Shown here piece by piece: positions 1 to 12,131 of a stretch of DNA of 64,000 bases. Source of the DNA: Eledone cirrhosa (taxonomy: Eukaryota); the NCBI GenBank assembly GCA_964016885.1, contig OZ024742.1, positions 199,082,001 to 199,146,000 of the forward strand, in the 5' to 3' direction. The notes under the pieces were generated by a model. It saw nothing but the letters and a program-made list of their open reading frames with translations. It was not told where the DNA came from and did no database searches. Each line of letters starts with the position of its first letter. The first letter of the stretch is position 1. The translations under genes were made by a program, and so were the position numbers.

Positions 1-245
1 AGTTTGTGCCCTACTTCTTTGGTGAAAAAAATAGATGTGCGATGAAAGAACTTTGATAGACTATATATATATATTTATATCTGTATTTTTAACCATTGGT
101 CAATCAATGATAAACATTGATTGCCAAATAAATTAACTGTGGAGATATAAAAGATACAGAAGCGAAAACCAACCCAAACCAAACTGAGTGTGTTCTGTTA
201 TTATTTCTGGCAATATTATAACAATATGACCCTCCCCAAGTATAA

Positions 246-299
<54 letters not shown>

Positions 300-480
300 T
301 TTCATTTTCATTTCATTTTACGTCCACTTTTCCATGCTTGCAAGGGTGGGACGGGAACTGATTCTGGCATGATTTCTACAGCTGGATGCCCTTCCTAACA
401 CCAACCTCATTTACAGTGAGTGCAATTATATATATATATATATAATTGTTATACTTGGGGATATATATATATATTGTCGT

Positions 481-622
481 GGAGGCACATGGCTTAGTGG
501 TTAGAGCATTGGTCTTGCAATCGAAAGGTTGTGAGTTCAATTCTCAGACCAGGTGATGTGTTGCTTCCTTGAGCAAGACACTTTATTTCACATTGCTCCA
601 GTTTACTCAGCTGTAGAAATGA
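481..622 (+). mobile_element. tRNA-derived SINE head (CORE/Meta-like)
   Basis: Box A tggcttagtgg, box B gagttcaattc, then tccttgagcaagacactt...actcagctg. Similar at 8935-9040 and 16590-16720 (-). Confidence 0.75.
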
Positions 623-2986
623 GATGATAGGAACTGGGGTCCCTATCATTCCACTCCAAAGTGGTCATGGAGGTGCCACGGCAAAAAAAAAAGCACCCAG
701 CACTCACTGTAAATGAGGTTGGTGTTAGGAAGGGCATCCAGCTGTAGAAATCAAGCCAGAATCAGTTCCCGTCCCACCCTTGCAAGCAGGGAAAAGTGGA
801 CGTAAAATGATGATGATGATGATGATGTCATACTCTGGTCCCTTACGATTTGAACACATATATGTATATATCTGTGTTTATCTCTCTTTTATATTCAATT
901 ATATTACATGGACCGGAAAAATCTCTTGAACTATTTAATTGTAAGAGACTATTTTGAGTTTCTAACTCAATAATATATACCTTTGATATATTCGGCTCCT
1001 TCAATTTGTAGAGCTAATTTAAATGTCGAGTAAACTTGGCTGTTATTTTTAGTAGTATACGTTTATGAGACACGCTAGGTTCTGATGCCATGTGCATTAT
1101 TTTATATACACACACTATTCAATCTTCTGAGATACTTACTGATGAGCAAAAGAATTGGTAATTCCCTTCACTAAAATTGCTAAACAGCATTACCAAAAGT
1201 TGCCCGGGTGTCTGGCAGTTACCCCAATATCGGTTTGTATTTCTTTTCTTGATTTATTCTTTTAAATTGAGTCTGGCAAACCCTATTGTTCATAGTATTT
1301 TTTTAACCCTAGCGAATCTGGTCCCTTACGAACACATATATGTATATATCTGTGTTTATCTCTCTTTTATATTCAATTATATATATCTATATCTATATAT
1401 ATATAACTGGCTTCCTTGCAGTTAGCCTCTACCAATTTCTTTCATAAGGCATAGATCAGCTTAAGACTATAGTAGATGACACTTGTCCAAAGTGTCCACA
1501 CTGTTGTACTGAACCTAAAACCACTCAGTCATGTAGTAAATAGAATTGACCATCACCACAGTACTTACAAATATATAGAGAAAGGTAAGTGCTCTCTCTC
1601 TTCCCTTTTCTCTCTCTGGTGTTTAAATTCTAGCTTCAGTCTACAAGTATGTATTCAATAGTGGTCCAAAATACCCAGGCTATGGAAGCTACAACACAAT
1701 CTCCTTCCCCCACCCCAAAAAAAAGAAAGAAAGCACACATCAATCATGACTAATCATGGATTTGCATATTGGAAAATTCCTCTTCAAGTCTGTTTAAAGT
1801 GTTTTTGTGGAAGACCAGCAGTTATCCATGTATGCCAGTTTTCCATCTCTATGCCACTGATGTTTTTCAAGGGAAAACCATAGGCAGATATAGCTTGGTA
1901 CTGGTGCTGTCACACCTCATCTATACACTGTATATGATGATGTACAAGGAGAAGGTACAGGTCTATACAGTTTGGCTTTAAAGATGTTGCAACTCATTTG
2001 TGCCAGCTGAGTGGACTGGAGCTACATGAAATAAAGTGTATTGTGCAATGACACAATCATCATCACCATCGTTATTGTTTAACGTCCATTTTCCAAGCTA
2101 GCATGGGTTAGATGGGTTGTCCTATTTGAGGCAAGTCGAGGTCAGATGACCATGTCTTGCTCATGGCTTGGTTTCTATGGCTGGATGTCCTTCCTAACAC
2201 CAACCTCATTTACAGTGAGTACTGGGTGCTTTTTGTCGTGACACCTACACGATCACCTTACAGTGTGGGCTGGGTGCTTTTTGTCATGACACCTACTCAA
2301 CTACTTTACATGTCAACTAGGTGCTTTTTATTGTGACACCTACACAACCACTTTACATGTGGGCTGGATGCTTTTTGTCATGACACCTACACGACCACTT
2401 TACAGTGTGGGCTGGTGATTAAAGAATCCTCTTGACCCTTTGGCAAGTTTTCTATAGATGAATGCCCTCCCTATCACCACCTACTTTACAGGGTGTACTT
2501 GGTGCATTTTTCATGGCACCGGTATTAGAGAGGACATCATGCGATGGCTGAAGGATCTTCTCAACCCTTTTTAACATGATTTCTTTGGCTCTACTCCCTA
2601 ACACAACTACATTACAGAGTGTACTGAGTGTGTTTTATCAGAGCACCAGCACTGGGAAGGTTCTCAGTTGCTTACTTCACAGAAGGGCTCTGTCTACCCT
2701 ATGAGGGAGAGGGGATGATGATTTTGTCCTGGGGTGGGGGATAGGATGAGGGAAGGTAAGAAGAATGCTAAGTAAGATGTCATGGGTGTATAACACGTGT
2801 GATCAGATTTTATAGGGGTTACATGGAGCAGAAAAGGGGTGATAAAGTATGTCATAGTTGTATGACTTATGTGGTGCAATTTGACAAGGTAGTGTGGGAG
2901 TGGGGAGCGAACTTGGATAGTGTGTGGGTGGTGGGGTAGAAGTATTGATGAGAACAGTTATTAGAGAGCTATGTGATGGGATTTAA

Positions 2987-3195
2987 CCCTTTCATAACCA
3001 CTTTTCTAATGATATACACTCTATTTCAATTAATTAATGAAGAATTTTGAAGGATTTACTAAAATCATCAATTATTTCATTAGTCCTTATATAAAATTAA
3101 GTTGGAAGATTTTAATTTAAATAGGAAACCTTTAAAATGTGTGGTTTTATTTCACAGTACCAGAGCTGATTTTGGCCAGGTTGGTAACTAAAGGG
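2987..3195. mobile_element. piggyBac-like MITE (copies 19286-19658, 19693-19903; second family 43510-43730 and ~7700-8495)
   Basis: TTAA-CCCTTT...AAAGGG-TTAA termini. Confidence 0.8.
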
Positions 3196-3329
3196 TTAAA
3201 AGCGGTGTGAGTGATCATGGATAGAGCGTGGGGAGGGCGTGTTAGTGCCAGTGAAAATAAACACTGAGGAGCAATGGTGGAAATAGTGCATGCATAACTG
3301 GGTCATGTCACATTCACAGGTTTTATACT

Positions 3330-3700
3330 GATAGACAAGTCTTCTTGAGTACTGCATATTGCCAGTCCTTGCAGTCTTTTGTCACGAGAGCCAGCTTCTT
3401 AAGGTTGGTCTTCAATATTTCATGCCATGTCTTCCTAGGTCCACCTCTTCATGTGACCCATCCACTGAGATTTCTCTGCACCTCTTTATACGGTTGTCAT
3501 CTTCCATACACATCACATGTCAATATCAACGCATTCTTCCCTCTTGTACACTGTATCTAATTCCTCTAATGCCTTTTTTTCTCTCATAATTAGATCCTTT
3601 CCCTCATAAATTAGATATTCAAGAAGATCTCACATAACATTGTGACATCTCAGAGCCTCACATAGGCACTGCAATATTGCATATATCATACTTAAGGAAA
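3330..3700 (-). mobile_element. RTE LINE 3' remnant (similar pieces 41740-41960 and 51260-51395)
   Basis: GRPRKTW-like and GSE.W-like remnants. Confidence 0.65.
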
Positions 3701-5558
3701 AGCTGAGATTTCAATGTTGAAGTTGTGAAACTTGTATAGGATGGGCTTATAAACATGAGATATAGTTAGTAGTGTGTTTGTAAAGGAGATCACATGCCTC
3801 CTACCCACTACCAAAAACCAAAGTGTATCTACCACTGTCCCTCCACATCTCAAATAAAGACAGCATAGAGTGGAGCAGTCTCTTTAGTGTTAGTGGACAA
3901 GGCAATATCTTTAGTGTTGGTGCCATGATAAAATACACCCAGTACACTCTGTAAAGTGGTTGACAATAGGACAGAAACAACATGGGTTAGATAGGACTCT
4001 TTAGTTTTATTGAGAACATGACAGCCTCTCTAGTGTTGGTACCATGATAAAATGCACCCAGTACACTCTGTTAAGTGGTTGATAATTGAACAGAAACAAC
4101 ACAGGTTAGAGGGAACTTAGAACACAAATAGTTAGAACAGATAACACAAAGCAACTTATCTGACATGCTAACAAACAGCTACTTTATTTTATTCACCCAC
4201 TAAAGTTGGCAATAGTAGGATTTATAAACGCCAGTGCAGAGAGCTGGAATAACTACAAGGCATATTTTGTTCTACACTAACAACTGTACTAATCCAATAA
4301 CACTGGACTGGTACTTTATTTTATCAACCCCAAAAGGATTTTAAAAAATCAAAGTTGACCCCTGCAAGATGATTAAATGAGAGCATAGGGAGGGGGAAGA
4401 ATTTTGTTCTAAATTTCAAGATTTCCACCAATTTGCTGCCCCTGGACTGGTACTTTATTTTATCAACCCCAAATGGATGAAAGGCAAAGTTAACCTTGGT
4501 GAGATTTGGACATAAAACACACAGAACCCCCAACAAATACCACAAGATATGATATCAAACACTAACAACTGTCAATTTGGAAGGATTTTAATGTAGAACA
4601 TAAACATCTGGAACAAACATGGCAAAACATTTTGTCCAATATTAACAATTCTGCCAAAACATCAGCCCATAACAACAATAATAATAATTGTTACTACTTT
4701 TTACACAAGGCCTACAATTTAAAGGGAAGGTTAAAGTCAATTAAATCAACCCCTGTATACTACTGGTACTTTATTTTATCAACCCTATAAGGAGGAAAGG
4801 CAAAGCTAACCTCGGTGGGATTTGAACTCAGAACATAAAGGGCTGTAACTACATGCCACAAAGCATGTTGTCCGAAACTCTACCGATACTGCCAATCTAC
4901 TACTGTCAGAACATGAATAATAATAATAGTTTCTACATTTGACACAAGGATAGCAATTGGCAGTGAAGAGAAAGTCAATTATATCTACCCCAGTGCTTGA
5001 CTTGTACTTTATTTTATTGAAACTGAACAGATGAAAGATAAAGTTCACCAAGATAGGATGAAATGTAAAGTTGACCTAGATAAGGGTTAGAACAAATACC
5101 ACAAAACATTTTGTCTTATGCTCTACAGACTTCGCCAATCCACCACCTCTGGACTGATATTTAATTGATCTTGAAGAGATGAAAAGCACAGTTAATCTTT
5201 GCAGGAGCCAGAACAAATACCACAAGGCATTTCAACTTTGTCAATCCACTTTTACAGCAATAAAATGAAGTTTAAATCTCACACCTATCTGGTTTTAGCT
5301 GGTCTTCCACGAGATTGTATCTCAGCTGAGGATTTTAGGTGTTTTAATGATAGAGACCCCAGCCCTATTATAAAAAGCCATGTGAAATGAAGTGTCTTAG
5401 TTAAGAACACAATGTGCAACCTAAACCAAGAACTGAACACACAACCTTACAATTGTGAGTCAAACTCCCTAACCATAGGCCACATGCTTTCATCCACATC
5501 AAGAAAAAGAAAACAGAAGCAAAAAAAAAGTAACAAAACAAAAAACAAGAACAATTTA

Positions 5559-5891
<333 letters not shown>

Positions 5892-5974
5892 TTAACTTAA
5901 CAGTAATTAAGCAGAAAATACCTAAAAAAAATGTCTAAATAATAATAATAATAACAATATTAATAAATAATAAA

Positions 5975-7320
5975 AAAACAGGTGTGTTAATTCAAATGTT
6001 TATAGTATCTTTACTCAGTGTACAAATATGCGTAAGAATTTGCAGTATTAAAATAAAGACTAATTTTTAATGTGGAGCGGGCACAGGACTGTTTTGTATT
6101 TTTCCATAATATCTTGCTAATGTGATTTTATGTGGTTTACAAATTCAAATGTTTATTATATCTTCACTAGTTGGACAGATTGTCATGAGAATTTGCAGTA
6201 TTAGAGTAAAAATGTTGATTTTTAATGTGATGCAGTTGTAGTTCTGTTTTGTACATTTACTGTAGGTGACAAAAAGATTTAAAAATGGTCGTGCATGTAG
6301 GTGTATATGTGTGTGCCTGTGCACATATACAGACATGTTTTATGTGTGTGTGTGTGTGTGTGCACATGAAAGATTCAACATTTCTCAGTACCTAGAAAAT
6401 CTCTCTATAAGATTACTGATGATCATTCAACATTTAACCCTTTCATTACCATATTTTCAATGAAAGACACTACCTATGCTTTTCAAATCATTTTGAAAAT
6501 AAGAAGCTAGTATTTGGCTTGGGTCTTTTTTTTCTTATTGTTTAGTCAGGAAGGGGTTAAATTAGCAGAGTCATTTGATTGTCTGTGGCATTCATTCGGC
6601 AAAGGTCAACTTTGCCTTTCATCCTTTTGAAGTTGATAAAAAAAAAAGTACCAGTCCAGTACCAGGGTTGATTCTTCCTATATTTCTCTTTCTCAGGAAG
6701 AAATAAGTTGTGTTCATACCAGAAGAGGGATGGGCCCTGTCAGGTTTAAAATTCCCAAGAATTGCTATGTCACCACAGCACCTCTACAACTCCACCAGGA
6801 GTTTTGGGTACGAAAGAAAGTCAGGGAAGGAAGGGCAGTGTCCATGAACCTCTTTTCAGGGCACCCGAAACTGGTGGGAGAGAAAGAGATATCTTCCATC
6901 CTGAGATCTGGTGCAAAAGACAGCAACAAAATTGACTCCACTAAAGACACCCAAGAACCAGGTGGTGGCATTAAACCAGACAACTGATTTACTCTTAACA
7001 TCCGATGACGCTTTAGCAAACAAATATCTAAAAACAGGTTTGTGAATTCAAATGCTTATAGTATCTTTACTAGTGGATAGATCATTTGTGAAAATTTGCA
7101 ATTTTAGATTAAAGACTTGAAGATTAATGTGATTGTTATAATGCTGTTTTGTATTTTTCAAGGTCCTGCTAATGTGGTTTTATGCGGTTTGTTAATTTAA
7201 ATATTTATATCTTTGTGAAGACTTGCAGTATTAGAGAAAAGACTTTAATTCTTAATGTAATTCAGTAAATAGTGCTGTTTTGTACTTTTCAAGAATGCCT
7301 TCTGAATGTGGTTTTATATA
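5975..7320. repeat. Four diverged ~120-160-bp repeat units (two at 5975-6270, two at 7030-7320)
   Basis: Recurrent aattcaaatg.ttata...gaatttgcagtatta...taatgtg...ctgttttgta.ttt. Confidence 0.7.
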
Positions 7321-7837
7321 GTATAGAACATCAACAGTTATGTTACTGTATTTCTAATGAAACACACTGCCTATGTGTATTGAGTAATTTTGAAAATTTC
7401 AAGAATTTAATGAAATAACTAACCTTTTCATTAGTAAACTGATGTTTGAGACATTACTTAACAAAAATGATAACTAAAATTATGGTGGAAGGTTTTAAAA
7501 TAAGTATAAACATTTTAAAATGAGTGGTTTCAAGCAGGTTGGTATTGAAAGCAGCAAGAGTTAAGTCTAATACTCAAGTAGACCATAGAGGAATTTGAAC
7601 TCAGAACACAAAAAGCTAGAAAAGATATCACAAGACATCTCATCTGACGCTGTAACGATTCAGCCAATCCACTGCCTTGGACTTGTACTTTATTTCATCG
7701 ATCCTTTAAACCAGCTATATCCAGACAGAATTCTCTCACTTCTTTCTGTTAAAACCAGCCATAATCAGCCGCTCATACCAATGTTAATGTATTGTTCTCA
7801 AAATAAATAACATCAAAATCTTATATATTTGATATTA

Positions 7838-8429
7838 TCTATATATATAAAACTGAGAATGTCTGTGTGTGTGTGTGTGAGTTTGAATCCCTAAAACTAG
7901 AGAAGCACCCAACCGACTGTTTTCAAACTTTACACATGTAATACTTATGTTTCAGGGAGTGTTCTGAGCAAAAAAAAATTCAAATTTTCAATGCCTTAGG
8001 GACCGCAGTAGGCGATTTAGCGATCTCTCTCTATAATTCTTAGTCTTTCTCTTTTTAGATAGATACATACATATAACGTCGCGCCCTTATAATATCTGTC
8101 TGTATGTCTAGCTGTCTACATTACGTCACTTTCTACAATTCACTCTGCGTCCAGAACGCGCCCTTATAATATCTGTCTGTATGTCTGGCTGTCTGCTGCC
8201 TCCGGTTATTCTGCCACCCTTGCTCAAGACAAATCTCACACTCATTCCCCAAACAGTTGGTAAGTGCACACAACTTCTTCCTCACGTTTTAAGCCACAGT
8301 GTTGCTTACTTACGTACCACCAGACCCTTACTTCTTTGCCAGCCGTGGTTGTGGCAATACTAAGCTTAGCTAAGGCGGTTATATATTTCACAATACCTTA
8401 TCCCGTGCAACGCCAGGTACCACTGCTAG
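7838..8429 (+). mobile_element. Non-autonomous Helitron inserted into a TTAA-type MITE
   Basis: A|TCTATATATATAAAA...hairpin...CTAG|T with no TSD; the empty site gatatta|tgtgagataa is present in the paralogous MITE near 43650. Confidence 0.88.
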
Positions 8430-9449
8430 TGTGAGATAAAGCCTTTACTGTGAAAATACAATAGTAAATATAGAGCAATGTAAATGTTAAAGGGTTAAAG
8501 GATAAAGTTAGTCTTGGTAGAATTTGAACTGAGATCACAGAGAGCCAGAACAAATACCACAACCCATCTCGCCCAACACTATAATTCTGCCAATACATTA
8601 CCCATGATTAGTACTTTACTTCATTGATTCTGAATGGATAAAAGGCAAATTGACTTTGATAGGATTTAAACTCACACTAAAGGTTGATAGAACAAATATG
8701 GCAACACATTTTGTCCGACACTATAATATTTCTCCCAAGGTGTATTATACAAGGATTACTGATACACTCAGTTTGTTACTATTTTGACATACATTCTCAA
8801 ACAAATATTTATATCCTTTTTTTGTGGGTGTAGTTTAAACTAGGCCAGTTCAAACTAAATGGACACATCAATAACCAAAAGTGTTCCAGATGTGACCATC
8901 ATTTCATCCTCTCAGTCTCAAAGGCACACCACCTGGTGGTTAGGGTATTGGGTTCACAATCATAAGGTGACGAGTTTAATTACCAGACAGGTTCGTGCAT
9001 TGTATTTTTGAGCAAGACACTTCATTCCACATTGCTTTTCATGATAGGACTGGGGATCATATCATTGAAACACCTGAGAAACCTCCTTTGAAATATAAAT
9101 TTATGGGAGGCCAGCTAAGAGTCCATAGGTATGACCTGTAACATTTCATTTTCACTCAGACATAGAATATCTAGGACTGAATGATCTAATATAACCCACC
9201 CTCTTCAAGAGATAGATATACAGACAGACATCTAGAGAAACAAGTTTCTGTCTATGTTACTTACATAACTCTTTCTCACAAGATATATGAATGGAATTTG
9301 ATCCAAGTAATAAACATTTTTACTTGATTAAATAATCTGCAAAAGTAGAGTACTTGTGGAATTGCAATATTTCATCCTTGACAATTTATCTTACTTGAGT
9401 CAATATCTAGAAATAGACATATCTCTCTCACACTCTCTTTAAAAAAAAA

Positions 9450-9480
<31 letters not shown>

Positions 9481-9999
9481 GCCCACACTGTAAAGTTGTC
9501 ATGTAGGTGATAATGACAAAAAGCACTCAGTCCACATTGTAAAGTGGTTGAGTAGGTTTCATGACAAAAAGCAGCCTGTCTACACTGTAAAGTGGTCATG
9601 TAGGTGTCACAACAAAAAGCACCCAGTACTCTCTGTAAATGAGGTTGGGATTAGGAAAGGCATCAAGCTGTAGAAACCAAACCAGGACAACTCGTCTAAC
9701 CCATGCTAGCATGGAAGAATGAACGTAAAATGGTGATGATGATACTCTTTTACCTGTTCCAGTCATCCGACTGAGGCCCTGCTGGGGCACTGTCTCTGAG
9801 TATATATATATATATATATCGATACACACACACACACACACACATATATATCGATACACACATAGTGTGTGTGTGATGTTCAGAAACATGAGAATGAGCA
9901 CTCAATATCAATGTAGAGTTTAAATATTGTTTATTATGGCTGAGCAATGATCCTGGAGTACAAGTGAAACTCCAGAGTAACAAAACTCATCATTCAGCC

Positions 10000-10033
<34 letters not shown>

Positions 10034-10037
<4 letters not shown>

Positions 10038-10206
10038 AACCAGTAAGACCCCGACGGCTGAGCTTTTTAGTCCAGAATTAGCCGTCGAAACGGCTTGAGC
10101 TCAGCCGTCGGGGTCTTACTGGTTCCTATTACCCACTCTACTACCCCAAGTATTGAGTACTTTGGTGCGTTATGGTCCACCTGGTTCCTTACCACATTTC
10201 CTTCGT
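10034..10206 (+). mobile_element. Short pLTR-like insertion in (TA)n with ~32-bp inverted arms (family also at ~18075-18125, 22630-22773, 34860-34945)
   Basis: ataggaaccagtaagaccccgacggctgagct ... agctcagccgtcggggtcttactggttcctat, then bulged hairpin and tail; GAAA-cggc-TT remnant but no clear CUGANGA. Confidence 0.6.
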
Positions 10207-10597
10207 TATATATATATATATATTGGTAAACGGAATAGAAAATGCTGACAAATTGTTCACAGTGAAAAATAGTTTAATTAGGAATAAATGAGAATTAGTA
10301 ATTGTATTGGTTAGTAATCAGTTTTGGTTTTAAATTTTACCGGTTGCGCATTTCTAAATGTTTTTCAAAAATAATTTTGAGATAGAGCGTCCGTGATGTT
10401 TGCTCTGATCTGATTAGTTTTGGGAATTCTACCTGTTTTTATGTTAAAAAAGTGGCTCCAGTGCTATTAAAATTGTTTTTTTGCGCCAATTCGTGTTGCA
10501 AAAATTCTTGTGGTCAAAACAATTTTGATTGGTCGGTAGAGGTCATGTGAATGTAAAAAATTGATTTTGCGCCAAGACTGAGAAATGACTTTTTCAC

Positions 10598-10600
<3 letters not shown>

Positions 10601-10686
<86 letters not shown>
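10601..10686. repeat. (GT)n microsatellite; other long tracts include (CATA)n 22529-22615, (TA)n 40748-40812 and 56071-56135, (GA)n 20622-20663
   Basis: Directly visible. Confidence 0.98.
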
Positions 10687-10688
<2 letters not shown>

Positions 10689-11100
10689 TAAAGTGTTCGT
10701 TGTTGTGATAATGGTTAGCAAGGATGCGTGTGCGAACAGCAGCCTGTTGACAGTTCAAATGCCTATTAAGACGCGAGTGCGTGTGTGTAGCAGAGTAATT
10801 CGGGGTAGAGGGATGGTCAGTAGGAATGTGTCTGTAAGTGAGTGGGGGATATTTTAACATGTTAAAAGATATTTTTCAGCTCTTGTCTTATACGGAGAAG
10901 TGTGTGTGTCTGTGTATAAGTCTCTTTGTATGTTAATGTATGCATGTGTATATGTGTGTGTGTGTGTGAGAATGTGTGTGTGTGGACCAGTATTTTTTTC
11001 ATGGTAAAATGGTGTACATTATTCGATATTTTCAGTAAAATCGATTCTCTCAATAGAACATCAAAAACCTTAACAATAAAAGGTGTGAAATGATATTCAC

Positions 11101-11160
<60 letters not shown>

Positions 11161-11589
11161 TGTGAGAGAGAGAGAGAGCTAGCTATGTATATATAGTTGA
11201 TAAATGAAACAAAAAACACAGGAGGCAAATTTAGTTATATTAGGTTCCCGCTTGGAGGAATTGGAGGTTTCAATGTTTCAGATAGATGTCCTTCTTCAGG
11301 AAAGTTCAGATAAGGAGAGAACTGATAGACATAAGAATAGTGAGAGACAGTTAGGGAAGGAAGTTAATGCTTTTATGAGGTTGAATTCCAGAGTTAAAGT
11401 GGCTGTAGTGCGCAGAATGTAAATAGATTAAGAAGAATCGAAGTCAGTGTCACAACATCTGTTCATAAAAGCATTATTTATTTTGGATAAAAGCATTATT
11501 TTGTTTTGTCTCCCTTTTAACCCAGTATTCCCTTTATATTTCTATCAGTATTGTGCTGGCTTTTCGAACACATTTATTTTATATATATA

Positions 11590-12131
11590 TGGCATGTTAG
11601 AAAAGTAACAGGACTTAGAGTGTTGTATGAGCTATGAGTGGAGTAGAGATTAGCGGGTTGTGTGTGACATAACATCCAGGGAGTATATAACTACGATCTC
11701 AGCAATCTGCAGCCATTGTATGTTCACAAGCTTTTGTTATCAGCTCCTCAAGTTTAAGCTGTTGAGTGATGGGCACAGAGCAACAAATCAACCTGAAGTT
11801 TCTGGTCCAACTCGGGAAAACTCCATCAGAAACATTTGGAATACTGCGACAATGTTGCGCTCCTGGGTTTTCGAGTGGCCCAAAAGATTCAAAGAGGGGC
11901 GCGAGGAAGTACATGACCTCAGGAGTAGAAGGCCTTCAACAAGCATGACTGTGGCCAATGTTGAGCATGTGTTTCTGAAATGTACCCTTACACACACATC
12001 TCACCTCCAGTTATCAGAGTACTCAGGAACTCAGAATCCTTTTTGGCTAAAAACCAGCAATGTGGCTCCATTCTGCAAACTGTCTCCTCATGGGAAAAAA
12101 TAAAATTGAAACTTTTTCAACAACCCTCATA
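11590..12131 (+). mobile_element. Mariner-type transposase remnant (HTH region)
   Basis: EQQINLKFLVQLGKTPSETF...VFEWPKRFKEGREEVHD..RSRRPSTS; right TIR ...caaccctca-TA. Confidence 0.82.

Noticed and set aside
10467-10860. ORFs with HT/CV/YI dipeptide repeats (also 12047-12437, 20822-21084, 40467-41020, 55917-56391)
   Set aside because: Translations of (GT)n, (TA)n and (CA)n microsatellites.
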